NCBI GenBank assembly: GCA_030390025.1
Contig: CM059431.1
Location: forward strand, 137,766,001-137,830,000
Origin: Squalus acanthias
Lineage: Eukaryota
Length of the DNA: 64,000 bases
Direction of reading: 5' to 3'
The first letter of the stretch is position 1. Each line of letters opens with the position of its first letter. Shown piece after piece: positions 1 through 11,584 of the stretch. A model generated the notes under the pieces. The model saw only the letters and a program-made list of their open reading frames with translations. It was not told the origin of the DNA and made no database searches. The translations under genes and the position numbers were made by a program.

Positions 1-108
1 GGAAAGCTCTATAACAGTAGGAGATATTTATTTCGGATGGGACGTTGTTTACTGAAGTCCGGACACGTGCTGAGATTTACAGGGGAATATGTTTGTGTCA
101 TTCCTCAG

Positions 109-207
109 AGAGTGATGATGCAGATAGTACAAGAGCTGTGCAAGAGACCCGGGCTGAACAAATGTGGCTTTGATATGCCGACCATCTACATCCCGGATCC
201 CAACAAG
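109..207 (+). CDS. Internal exon A of an uncharacterised membrane-anchored protein (probable dynamin/EHD-like P-loop GTPase family; 5' exons lie outside the window)
   Basis: ttcctcag|AGAGTG...AACAAG|gtaggg; 99 nt; RVMMQIVQELCKRPGLNKCGFDMPTIYIPDPNK. Phase-compatible with five downstream exons. The family call is from memory of fish homologues. Confidence 0.85.
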
Positions 208-1349
208 GTAGGGCCGTGATTCCTCAATGTTAATCAGGAATGTACAGAGCTCACAGAAACAACGCACTGTAGACGCAGCACGCGCCGTTTCCAATGTGCA
301 TGTTGGATAAGGAACAGGTAGCAAAGTGGTTATGTTACTGGACTAGAATTCCAAGAGGCCTGGAATAATGATCCAGAGACGTTAGTTCAGAATGTTAGGT
401 TAGACATTCCAGCCCAGAGTCCTTAAACTCTGGAGCAGATTATGAGCCATGCAGTGAATGTAAATTCAACACAGTCCAATCGGAGCCACACGAGTTACCG
501 AGTCAGCGGGACAGTTCTGTTATTGGTAAGTCACGGGCTAGCTGGAGGACTCATTGTTATTGTCCTCCCCTGTAGCTTTGCTCGATTACCTTAGAGGGTC
601 GGAAAAAAATAGCCCCGAGTTTTTCCTAAATTCACAACTGTTCTTTTCTCCGTGTTCTACCTCTGCGAGGGACCGTATTACCTGGAGGCAGATGGTGGGT
701 GATGGGGAGAGGTGGGGGGAGGTTGATATTCATCATTGTCTACAACATGCCTGCTTGGGAAGAGTTTACAGATCAGAGGATATTTATCAGGTCCTTTCCT
801 GTGTTCGTTTGTGTATTCTAATATCTAACATTACCCCCTTTATTGAAAAGCCTGGTAGAAATCAGAAGGAGCAGATGAATGTTGAAAAGAGCAGTAGAGC
901 AGATTAATAATCGTCAATCATCGTCAGGTTTGGTTTTCAAAACCTGAGTTTTCTATCACGAAACGAATAGTCATGTGGGCAAGGAACTTTTGGATTCTGG
1001 GGTCCTTAAGATTAATTTTCTCTGTTAGTGATGGAGTACAACGGGCAATAGCGGATCGACCGTCCTATACAAATCGCCCGATTTACTTTCCCGTTGCAAT
1101 TATCCGATGTCGATCCGATATCGCCAGTTTCACACTATTGGACACAATTAAAATGAACCCCATTGAGTTAGCGCCGGAAACAGCGCTCCGAATTCGCAGT
1201 TAAATACACCCCGGAGGTCGGGAGTTCGCAGAAGGATCAATTATTCATCGATGTGGATACGAGAATGCACAGTGTGTCCTTCGGAATGAGATGCCTCTAA
1301 TTTATCAGTTGGTAGTTCCTATGTCTGTTTGTGTCTTTTGGACTGACAG

Positions 1350-1495
1350 CCAACACGTTGCATCAATCAGATCCAAGAGGTGTGCACGACAATAGAAAAG
1401 ACGGTAAACCGGAGAGTTCAGAAGACGCTGAACCAGCTGGAGAAGGACTGGGAGCTGATCATCCGCACCACCAGGTGCCAGCTCGAGGAGAGCAG
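1350..1495 (+). CDS. Exon B of the same gene (helical/coiled-coil-like segment)
   Basis: ctgacag|CCAACA...GAGCAG|gtgagg; 146 nt, phase 0 to 2; PTRCINQIQEVCTTIEKTVNRRVQKTLNQLEKDWELIIRTTRCQLEES. Confidence 0.85.
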
Positions 1496-1664
1496 GTGAG
1501 GCTTTAGTGTGAGTTGTGTTCAGGACAGGTGCAGTAAGACTGGGCAAACAAGGATGGGAATTAACAACATTGTCAGAAATGGTAACAGAAAAAGTATTAT
1601 AACTGAAGAGGGCATCGGGACAAGGAGACTGGGCTCGATATTCCTTTCTGCGCTCCTCTAATTC

Positions 1665-1940
1665 TGGCTTCTTGCACATCTCCGATTTTAATCGCTCCAC
1701 GATTGGCGGCCCTGCCTTCAGCTGCCGAGGCTCTGAGGTTTGGAATTCCCTCTCTAAGCCTCGCCACCTCTTTACTGTTCTTTGCTCCTTCAAGAGGCTC
1801 GTTAAAGACTTCCTCTTTTCATCTTCCCTATTATCTCCTTATGTGGCTCGGTGTCAAATTATGTTTGATAATCGCTCCTGTGAAGCGCCTTGGGACGTTT
1901 TACTACATTAAAAACGCTTTATAAATATAAGCTGTTGTTA
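1665..1940 (+). mobile_element. L2-type LINE 3' fragment
   Basis: Ends in ...gctttataaatataagctgttgtt, like the fragment ending at 2985; homologous to it. Confidence 0.65.
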
Positions 1941-2354
1941 TTATATCATGAATATTTAAATAGGAAAATTGGACTTATTTTCTTCAGCAGATATTATACG
2001 TCAAGATGATCTTATCCAAGATGTCAATTAATGGGGTAGTTGACAAAGATTATTGTGAACCGTTCATATACCAAGGCAGGCGATGTAGAATCGTGGAGTT
2101 AGGAGCAAGAACAGAAATCGAATGACCCAGTTTATCGGAAGTGAACTGAGATCCTGGAAACATTTACTATGGAAGAGAATTGAAGCGAGCAGCGCACAGA
2201 ACCTGGAGTCAGGATTGAGCGATATGTGTGTGGATGTACAAAGCGTTCTAAACAGAGATGGAGTTGGAAGCTATAATAATTATGGAGAATATAAAATTGC
2301 TGTAACGGGAACATATCTTAGATTTGGACTGGCCTTGGAACTTAACATTCCAGG

Positions 2355-2985
2355 TGTCATCCTTGCCTCTGCCCATCTGCTGCTGAAACCCTCATCGTGC
2401 TATTGTTACCTCCAGAATGTACTCGCCTATTCCAGTGCTCTCCTGGCCGCTCTCACTACTTTCACCCGCCGTAATATTGAGCTCATATTAAACTCTGCGG
2501 CCCTTATCTTAACTTGCACCAAGTCCCGTGCACCCATCTCTCATATGAGCGCTGACCTTCATTGGCCCCTTGTTCAGCAACACTTCGATTTTAATTTCCT
2601 CATCCTCCTGTTGAAATCTCTCCATGGCCTCGGTAATCCTTATCTGTAACCTTCTAAAGCCCTACAACCCTCTGACAATTCTGCGTTCCTCCATCTCTGC
2701 TCTCTTGTGCATCCCCCACTTTCGTCGTCCCACCATTGGTAGCGGTGCCTTCAGCTGCCTAGGCGCTAAGCTCTGGAAATACTTCCCTAAACCTCTCTAC
2801 TTCTCCGAATCTCTCTTCCTATAATACAATCCTTGAAACCTACCTCTTTCATTAAGCTTTTTATCACCCATCCTAATGTATCCTTCTTCGGCTCGGTGTC
2901 AATTGTATCTGATTACGCCCCTGTGAAGCGCCTTGTGACGTTGTACTATGTTAAAGGCGCTATATAAATGCAAGTTGTTGCTGCT
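2355..2985 (+). mobile_element. L2-type LINE 3' portion inserted into an older CR1 endonuclease fragment (about 1950-2350 and 2990-3960)
   Basis: Degenerate ORF2 C-terminus (ADLHWPLVQQHFDFNFLIL) and tail ggcgctatataaatgcaagttgttg. The left flank reads YKIAVTG...ELNIPG. Confidence 0.7.
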
Positions 2986-3475
2986 TTCATGAGAGAAAGG
3001 AGCAGTAAAAGGTGCTGGAGTGGTCGTGTTAGTGAATTATTCTATTAAAGCGCTAGGAAACAATGACATCACAGACGTTGCAATGAGATAGAATTCACGT
3101 GGACAGGGTTAATGATTAGGAAGGGCCACAGTACAATTCTCGATGGACATAACAACGTTAAGCGTATGTGATAGAAGTGGAGAATGCAGCAAATTAAAAG
3201 GATAATGTAAGAACAAGAGCTCCATCATATTGGGAGGTTTTATATATCCGAAAATAAACAGAATAAACTGAATATGCGTGGTCAAAGTGGAGAACACATA
3301 TTAGAATGGATCCGGTACTGCTTGTCAGATCAGCATGTTTCAATTCAACAAGGAAAGAAACATCGCTTGCTTTAGTTCTGGAGATTTATGTCGGGTAAAT
3401 AACTGCATTGAGAGTCGGAGAAAAACATGGAAATAGTGACCACCCATATTGGGAGAAAGGGGCGCATCGGAATGT

Positions 3476-3732
3476 TGGCCATTTTAACTTTGGGCAATAA
3501 TGTAAAACGGATGATATCGGTTGGACCGCTCGTGATAATTCGCACAAAATTTTCCTTTCAATTAAAGTCATTCGGGAGAGATGTTAAACCGGCTGCCGAT
3601 TCATTATCACCCGTTTTACACCATGGCTCACAACCAGAATTATCCCAGGGCAAGGAAAATCGAACGGGTCTATAATGGGCGGATAAATGGACATCATCCA
3701 TTGAACACTATCGCCCAGAGTTAAAATTACCC
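3476..3732. mobile_element. Small MITE with ~27 bp imperfect TIRs; a related one at about 3974-4135; both recur in the duplicate (about 49500-49760 and 50000-50162)
   Basis: attttaactttgggcaataatg ... cactatcgcccagagttaaaatt inverted ends; no ORF. Confidence 0.6.
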
Positions 3733-4329
3733 ACAATGGGAAACTTCAAATGAAGGCGTCTGATGAAGTTTAGGGCTAATAATGTTAAATATAATCACGT
3801 GGAATGTAAAAAGTCTAATGGCGTTTTCAAACTTGAGAATTGATTGTTTAAAATGGGGTATTAAGGTGACAAGATGTAGCATAACAGCAAATAGTAAGGA
3901 CTTTTATAAACACACAAAATTTATCAATTAATTAGAGAGGGTAGGACCGATCAGGAATACAGTATGCGGTGGTGGGTAATTATAACATTTAGCGATGGTG
4001 TAAAATGGACGATGTAGAATTATCTGCCCAATATACACCATGAAGTCAATCGAAGGGAAAATTGTGCGCGGCACAAAATGGCCCCCAATTCAATAACGTC
4101 AATTTTGCACCCGACCCAAAGTTAAAATTGCCCCCATGGAGTCTAATTGAGATGAATATATGGTAATGATAGCTGAACTCATATATTAAGAAATGATCCA
4201 GCTTCGGATCACTTTTGTTGATTCCTGGTGTCCAGCGTTGCTGAGTTTCCATTATTACACTGATTTGGTGGACTTGTGGAAGCTGTTTTCCACCAGTAAC
4301 TGAAGATACTGATTCTGATTCCATCTCAG

Positions 4330-4501
4330 TGAACTGGCATCTCAGAAGAGGAAAGCCTGGATCAAGCGTATGTTCTTCAGCTCCTTGACATACCTGCCAC
4401 CATTCTCACTGCTGACAAGTTTCATCATTTCCAGCACATCAAGAGAAAGCCTCGCCGATATAATGGGAGAGGACTTGGCCCACATTTCGCTGATCTGGGC
4501 G
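4330..4501 (+). CDS. Exon C of the same gene (first hydrophobic segment)
   Basis: catctcag|TGAACTG...TGGGCG|gtatga; 172 nt, phase 2 to 0; ELASQKRKAWIKRMFFSSLTYLPPFSLLTSFIISSTSRESLADIMGEDLAHISLIWA. Confidence 0.8.
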
Positions 4502-4599
4502 GTATGATGCTCTCTTAATATCCTGAGTCTAACCAATGAATATCTGCCAGTGTTAGGCGTCAATTGTTTGTTTGGACTGCATAGATGGATCACTATTCC

Positions 4600-5570
4600 A
4601 CATCCCGATCTGTACCTGCCCCTTGTGTCTTTGAGGAGAAAATACAGAGGGACCTTTACTGTGTATCGAACCCGTATTCTCCCAAACCTAGGAGAGGTTT
4701 ATGGAACAGTGTATAAAGAGCTTTACTCTGCATCTAACCTGTGCTATACCTGCCCTGGGAGGTTTTAATGGGACATTGTAGGGAAAACTTCAAACTGTAT
4801 CTAACCTGTGCTGTAGCTGCCCTGGGAGTGTTTAATGGGACAGTGTAGATGGAGCCTTACTCTGTATCTGACGCTTGTTTTATCTGAACCATACTGTACT
4901 TTACCTCATGTCAGTTAATGTGAGTGTTTGATTGGGCATTGTACAGGAAGTTTTATTCTGTATGTGACGCATACTGCACCTTCCCTGGGAGTGTTGGATG
5001 GGATAGTGTAGCGGGTGCTTTACTCCGTATATAACCATTGCTGTACCTACCCTGGGCGTGTTTTATGGAACAGTATAAATGGAGCTTTACTCTGTATCTG
5101 ACGCTTGCTTTATCTAACCCTTACTGTTTATAACCTGACGGTAGTTGATCTGTGCTTCTGATGGGATATTGTAGAGGGAGTTCTGCTCTGTATCTGACCA
5201 GTGCCGTAACTGTCCAGGAAATATTAAATGGGACATTGTAGAGGGAGCTTTACTTTGTATCTAACCCGTGCTGTACCTGCCCTATGTGTGTTTGATGGGA
5301 TAGTGTAGAAGGAGCTTTACTTTGTATCTAACCCGTGCTGTACCTGCCCTATGTGTGTTTGATGGGATAGTGTAGAGGGAGCTTTACTTTGTATCTGACC
5401 AGTGCCGTATCTGCCCTGGAAATATTAAGTGGGATATTGTAGAGGGAACTTTACTTTGTATCTAACCCGTGCTGTACCTGCCCTATGTGTGTTTGATGGG
5501 AAAGTGTAGAGGGAGGTTTACTGTGTGTCAAACTCCTACTGTACCTAACCTGATGGTAGTTGATGGTAGG
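4600..5570. repeat. Degenerate ~67 bp tandem repeat in intron C-D; paralogous array at about 50630-51370
   Basis: Unit gtagagggagctttactttgtatctaacccgtgctgtacctgccctatgtgtgtttgatgggatagt starts at 5238, 5305, 5372. Confidence 0.85.
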
Positions 5571-6031
5571 TGTAGCCGGAGTTTTTCAGATCTTAGTCTT
5601 GCTTTGCACATAAGATGCTCGCATTTTCTCTGGGCACAGAATGAGGTGGTGGTCGAGAAGAACTTAATATATTTCAGAGAAATAATGAGGTTGTTCCACT
5701 TCTCTGGTCACTTTCAGTCTTGCAATTTAAGATTGGAAATCAGATTTGTTTTGATGCCCACTTCACATGCTCATTTTTAGCTATGTTGATCTCAGATGCT
5801 TAGGCCTTTGACTTTCCCCTAGATTTCTCAAGAACTAAAAGTTATTGTCTTGTAACAGGGGCCAGCGCTTTATTTTATCAAGAGAAGTTCAATCTGACCT
5901 GCAATGGACCATCATAACTTCTTACCATAAACGTGAATTACAAAGATTGCAACGTGAGAGTTTTACCCCCCCCCCCCCTTTATTACAGACCTGCTCAATG
6001 TGACACTGTGTTCCTCTTCTCTTCTGGCTAG

Positions 6032-6144
6032 TGGTGTGTATCTACAACCTGGAACTGGTTAACCGGTGACAGTTACCTTCTGGCGCTGATTATGCTGATC
6101 GGATTCATGTTCGTTTCGATGTTCCTTTCAAATTGCTATTCCAG
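6032..6144 (+). CDS. Exon D of the same gene (second transmembrane segment)
   Basis: ctggctag|TGGTGT...TTCCAG|gtaaat; 113 nt, phase 0 to 2; WCVSTTWNWLTGDSYLLALIMLIGFMFVSMFLSNCYS. Confidence 0.8.
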
Positions 6145-6229
6145 GTAAATGTTACTCTGACAGCGGAAGATGCAGTGGAACAAAAACAAAGGGAAAGTGA
6201 CGTAAAGGGATACGGCTAGGGAGACTGAA

Positions 6230-6600
6230 AGCGTCAGATATAGGGAGAGAAGCAGTAACAGATGAAGAAAGCTAGGTAATGTCAGAAAGAGAAAAAGACA
6301 TCTACAAACACACAGCGAGACGTAAGGGAACAACAGAGACACGGAGAGACAGAAACAGAGAGAGGGGGCTTATAAGATATACAGGCAAAACACGGGGACA
6401 GAGATATAACGAAGCAGAGAGAGAGAGAGGTGAAAGACAGAGACAGAAAAAGAGAGTGAGGAGACCAAGAGAGCGACAGGGAAAAAGAAAGAGACAGAAA
6501 GAGAGATTGAATCAAAGATAGAGGGAAGAGACAAACAGCGAGAGACAGCGAGATACAGCGAAAGAGAGAGAGAGAGATTGAAGGAGACTGTCATCAATAG
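6230..6600. repeat. AG-rich low-complexity tract; paralog at about 52010-52350
   Basis: (GA)n/GAGACA-rich sequence; explains the spurious R/E-rich and S/L-rich ORFs. Confidence 0.8.
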
Positions 6601-6750
6601 AGGGGTAGGCATTTAACCAGGGAGGAAGATTTCTGCAGGTGCAGTTTGCCAGATGTACAATAATGTTAGATTGTGACTGAGGAGACGAGAAAACGGCTCA
6701 TCAATGCATGGTATCCTGGGCTGTACTGAATTTCTGCCTCCATTTTTCAG

Positions 6751-6835
6751 CACCAAAACGACCCTATCGAGGAAGGAGAAAAAGAAACTAGAGGCAAACC
6801 GTGACTATGTCCAATGTGTTGTGGTTGAGAAAAAG
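6751..6835 (+). CDS. Exon E of the same gene
   Basis: tttttcag|CACCAA...GAAAAAG|gtgaaa; 85 nt, phase 2 to 0; TKTTLSRKEKKKLEANRDYVQCVVVEKK. Confidence 0.8.
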
Positions 6836-7061
6836 GTGAAATTTCCCTGTCTTCCTGTCCTCTCTCTGATCATAACACTCTACCTATATTCGTCTCTATA
6901 TCTACATTTGCATTACATTTGCCTTTTACAGTCCCTGTATTTACCTTCGGTATTTGCATATCTGTCTCTCGACAATTATTTTCACCAGACATTCCAGTTT
7001 TGATGCAATTCATTCTTGAATTTCCTTTATTAACACGGGAACACTCCTTTCTTTGTTGCAG

Positions 7062-7118
7062 GCACAGCTCTATGAGATGTACCTCCATCAGTGTGTCTCT
7101 GAACAGGAACTGAGCTAA
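7062..7118 (+). CDS. Terminal coding exon F of the same gene
   Basis: ttgttgcag|GCACAG...AGCTAA; AQLYEMYLHQCVSEQELS*. The six exons total 672 nt = 223 aa plus stop, with no internal stop. Confidence 0.8.
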   Translation, partial: AQLYEMYLHQCVSEQELS

Positions 7119-7192
7119 AACTGACCAGCAGTAGGACTTTGGAAAGTGAGACAATAACATGATGCGATTTCTAACTCTGGGCTCCCATGAGT

Positions 7193-9835
7193 GCACGGTG
7201 GTATAGTGTTTATGTTATTGGGCTAGTATTCTAGAGGCCTGGGATAATGATCTGGAGACGTGAGTTCACATCCCACCACGGTAGCTGAGGAATTTAAATT
7301 CAGTTAATTAAATAAAAGTCTGGAATAAAAAACTAGTATCGGTAATGGTGAACATGAAACTATCAGATTATCTTAAAACCCCATCTGGTTCAATAATATC
7401 CTTTACGGAAGGAAATCTGCTGACCTTACCTGGTCAAGCTGATATGTGACTCCAGACCCACTGCAATGTGCTTGATTCTGATGGGGCCTCTGAAATGGAG
7501 TAGCAAGTCACTCAGTTGAAACAAACCGCTACGAATAAGAATGAAACCGGACGGAACTCTTGGCATGGACCTCGGCACTGGCATACCCAGCCCTGTCGAA
7601 CCTGCCAAATCCTCCTCACCAACATTAGGGACTTTTGCCAAAATTGGGAGAGCTGTCCCACAGACTAGTCAAGCAACAGCGTGACATAGTCATACTCACA
7701 GAATCATAACTTTCAGCCGATGTCCCAGACTCCTCCATCACCATTCCTGGATATGTCCTGTCCCACCAGAGGTGGGGGCACAGTGGTATACATTCGGGAA
7801 GGCTTGGACCTGGGAGTCCTCAACATTGACTGGGAACCACATGAAGTCTCATGGCTTCAGGTCAAGCATGGGCAACGAACCCGCCTGCTGATTAAAACCT
7901 ACCGCCCTTACTAAGCTGATGAGTCAGTGCTCCACCATGTTGAGCACCACTGGGAAGAAGCACTGAGAGTAGAAAAGGCACAGAATATACACTGGGTGGG
8001 GGTCTTCAATGTCCATCACCAAGAGTGGCTCGGTAGCACCACTACTAGCCGAGTCCCGAAGGATATTGCTGGCAGTCTGTGCCGGCAGCAGGTGGTGAGA
8101 GAACCAACAAGAGGGAAAAATCTACTTGACCTCGTCCTGACAAATCGACCTGTCGCAGCTGCAGCAGTCCTTGATAGCGGTGGTTGCACTGACCACCGCA
8201 ATGTCATTGTGGAGATGAAGTCCCGTCTTCACACTGAGGACACCCTCCATCGTGTTGTGTGGCACTGGCACGGTGCTAAATGAAAAATTCAGAACAGATC
8301 TAGCAATTCAAAACTGGGCATCCATGAGGCGCTGTGGGCCATGAGCAGCAGCAGGATTGTATTCCACCACACTCTTTAATCTCATGGCCCGGCATATCCC
8401 TCAATTTCCCATTACCTTCGAGCCAGGGTACCAAACCTGGTTCAATAAGGAGTGCAGAAGAGTATGCGAGGAGAAACAGCAGGCGTAACTAAACATGGGT
8501 TGCCAAACTGGGGAGCTGCAACACAGGTACATGCAGGCTAAAGAGTGGAGGCAGCATGCTATAATCAGAGCTAAGCGATCCTACAATCAACGAGTCAGAT
8601 CAAAGCTCTGCAGTCCTGCCACATCCAGTCGTGAATGTTGGTGGACCATTAAACAATTAACGGGAGGCGGAGGCTCCATTATTATCCCCATCCTCAATAA
8701 TGGCAGAGCCCAGCACGTGAAGGCAAAAGACAAGGCTGATGCGTTTGCAACCATCTTCAGCCAGAAGAGTTGAGTAGATGATCCATATTGGCAGCATCTT
8801 GAGGTTCCACGCCGTCACACAAGCCAGTCTTCAGCAAATTCGATTCACTCCACGTGATATCACGAAACGGCTTAGCCCACTGGATACAGCAAATGCTGTG
8901 GTACCCGACAACATCCCGGCTGTCGTGCTGAAGACTTGTGCTCCAGAACTAGCTGCGCCTCTAGCGAAGCTGTTCCACTACAGCTGCAACACTCGTATCA
9001 GTACAGCTACAACACTGGCATCTGTTCGACAATGTGGAAAAGTGCCCAAGTATGTCCTGTCCACAAAAAGCAGGACAAATCCAATCCGGCCAATTACCGC
9101 CCGATCAGTCTACGCTCAATGATCAGCAAAGTGATGGAAGGTGTTATCGACAGTGCTATCAAGCGGCGCTTACTCACCAATAACCTGCTCACCAAAGCTC
9201 AGTTTGGGTTCCGGCAGGACCATTCGGCTGCAGACCTCATTACAGCCTTGGTCCAAACACGGACAAAAGAGCTGAATTCCAGAGGAGAGGTCAGAGTGAC
9301 TGCACGTGACATCAAGGCAGCTATTTGACCGAGTGTGGCATCAAGGAGCCCTAGTAAAACTGAATTCAATGGGAATCAGGGGGTAAAGTCTCCACTGGCT
9401 GGAGTCATACCTAGCACAAATGAAGATAACTGTGGTGGTTGGACGTCAATCATCACAACCCCATGACATCAATGCAGGTGATCCTCAGCTTAATGTCGTC
9501 TGCCCAACAATCGTCAGCTGCTTCAGCAATGACCTTCCCTCCATCATAAGCTCAGAATTGGGAATGTTCGCTGATGATTACACAGTTTACAGTTCCATTC
9601 CTAATTCCTCAGATGATGAAACAGTCCATGCCCGCATGCAGCAAGACCTGGACGACATTTAGGCTTGGCCTGATGAGTGGCAAGAAACTTTCACGCCACA
9701 CAAGTGACAGGCAATGATTATCTCCAACAAAAGAGAATTTAAACACCGCCCCTTGATATTCAACGGCAATACCATCACTGAATATCCCACCTTTAATATG
9801 ATGGGGTTCACCGTTGAACAGAAACCTGACTATGA
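7193..9835 (+). mobile_element. Degenerate APE-RT LINE (CR1/L2 group) preceded directly by a tRNA-derived SINE-like head; 3' end missing
   Basis: A-box-like tggtatagtg (7198) and B-box-like gagttcacatccc (7262). Endonuclease fragments (GGGTVVYIRE, NLLDLVLTN, DHRNV) and RT fragments (NYRPISL, QFGFR, MFADD) broken by stops and frameshifts. Confidence 0.85.
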
Positions 9836-9984
9836 CGCTCTGCTCATTATAATAGATTGATCAATGCAGCCCAACGTCCCGCACCCCCTCCCCCCACCCC
9901 CACCCCCGCACCCTACAGTTTCATTATAAATGGCCCAAACCAGATAGAAGCATCTGGCTGTGGGGATGGGCCAGCATGGACCTA

Positions 9985-11050
9985 TTATTACAACAATGTT
10001 CATTTATGTAGCACAATTAAATTAATAAAGCTCCCCAAGGCGCTTCAAATGAGCGTAATCAGACACAAAGGGCTAAGGAGACAAAGATGGAGACACGTGG
10101 ACAGGTGACCAAAAGCATGACCAGAGGTAGGTTTTAAGGAGAGTCTTAACGGAGAGGCGAAATGCAGAGTTTTAGGGAGGGAATTCCAGTATTTAGAGCC
10201 TATACAACTAAAGGCACGGCTGCCAATGGTGGGGCGAAGAAAGTGGAGAATGCACAGGAGGCAATTTTGGCTCATCCTTGAATGGAGGGCAGACAAACTA
10301 TTTGACAACACAGAGACAGTGGAGGAGTTAAGATAGTTGGTGGTGAGGTAGAGTTGTGTGTCTTCAGCTTACATGTGGAATCTGATGTTGTGTTTCCGGC
10401 TGATGTCGCAAAGGAGCAGCATGTATATGCGAAATAGAAGGATCAAAGAGGATAACCTTTGGGGTCAGAGGTAACGGTGCGAGAGCGCGAAGACAAGTCA
10501 TTTCAGGATATTCTCTGGCTCAGGCTGCATAGGTAAGAGTGGAACCAGGCGAGGGCTGTTCCACACAGCTGGAAAATGGAGGAGAGGCGTGGAGCAGGAT
10601 GGTGTTGTTAACCGAGTTAAAGACGGGAAGAATGAAGAGGGATAATGCACCCTGGTCAGAGTCACAGAGGATATAATTTGTGACTTCAATAAGGGCCATT
10701 TCAAGTGCTGTGCAAAGGCAGAAATTGATTGGAGAGATTCAAACAGGGAATTGTGGGAAAGATGGACAGTAATTTGGGAGGCGGCAATAAGTTTAGTAAT
10801 TTGCACAGGAATATGCTGTTGGAGATGGGGCGGTAGATTACAAAAGTCAGCGGGAATCACGGGTGGAATTGTCAGGAGGGAGTGATGGAGGCAGATGTGA
10901 ATGGGAGCGGGACAGTACCAGAGCAGAGGGAACTGTTCACAATATCAAATAGCATGGGGCTAGGAAGAGAAACTGGATGGTCAGCTGTTTAGTGGGAATG
11001 GGGTTAAGGCAGCAGGAGGTGGTCTTCGGGGGCAACATGAGCATGGACCG
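9985..11050 (-). mobile_element. L2-type LINE fragment; paralog at about 57600-60070
   Basis: The minus strand gives decayed RT (HLSHNSLFESLQS; H.YAEDTQLY in the paralog) and an L2 3' end. Confidence 0.7.
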
Positions 11051-11227
11051 TACACGACGGGTAATAGAGGAATTCATGGGAATACAGTAAGTGTATAATT
11101 AAATTACAGGAAAGGTAAACTTAGGGGAAGGCAACAACTCTTTAGTTAAAAAACGAAAAAGGAGACTTTAGGTTACACAACAATTGTGTACATATCAGTA
11201 GAATAACGGGATCTATAGGGGCACACA

Positions 11228-11580
11228 TGATCGGGTTCATGTCACGATACAGAACGTGACTTGACATCGTTGCCGGTCTTTCCAGCTTTTTTAAAAAAAA
11301 CAAACACAAGAAACAAACCCAACTGGAGAGGATATGCAGCCAGCAGGTGTTTTGACACGTTGGACCCCCTGGGACACATCTCAATGTCTTGGCTGTGCTC
11401 TTAGTGTGTCTTTGATGTAGGGAAAGATTTGAATGCATTTTCTCTGTGTTTATATTCTGTGAATTCTGATAGATTGTCTCACAGTTACTCTACCTGAGGA
11501 AGGGGCGACAGCTCCGAAAGTTTGTAATTTTAAATAAATCTGTTGGACTATAACCTGGTGTTGTGCGACTTCTCATTTTT
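11228..11580 (+). mobile_element. Penelope-like element 3' fragment with hammerhead motif
   Basis: Colinear with 54312-54687 (gggttcatgtcacg ... ttgtgcgacttctcattt); absent at the paralogous site near 60245. Confidence 0.8.
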
Positions 11581-11584
11581 GTTT

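Noticed and set aside
1305..1793. 162 aa minus-strand ORF and other antisense ORFs over the GPCR, transposase and LINEs
   Set aside because: Antisense shadows of real exons or repeats, with no recognisable domains.
6136..6612. Arg/Glu-rich and Ser/Leu-rich ORFs (also 52110-52384)
   Set aside because: Products of intronic GA-rich low-complexity sequence.
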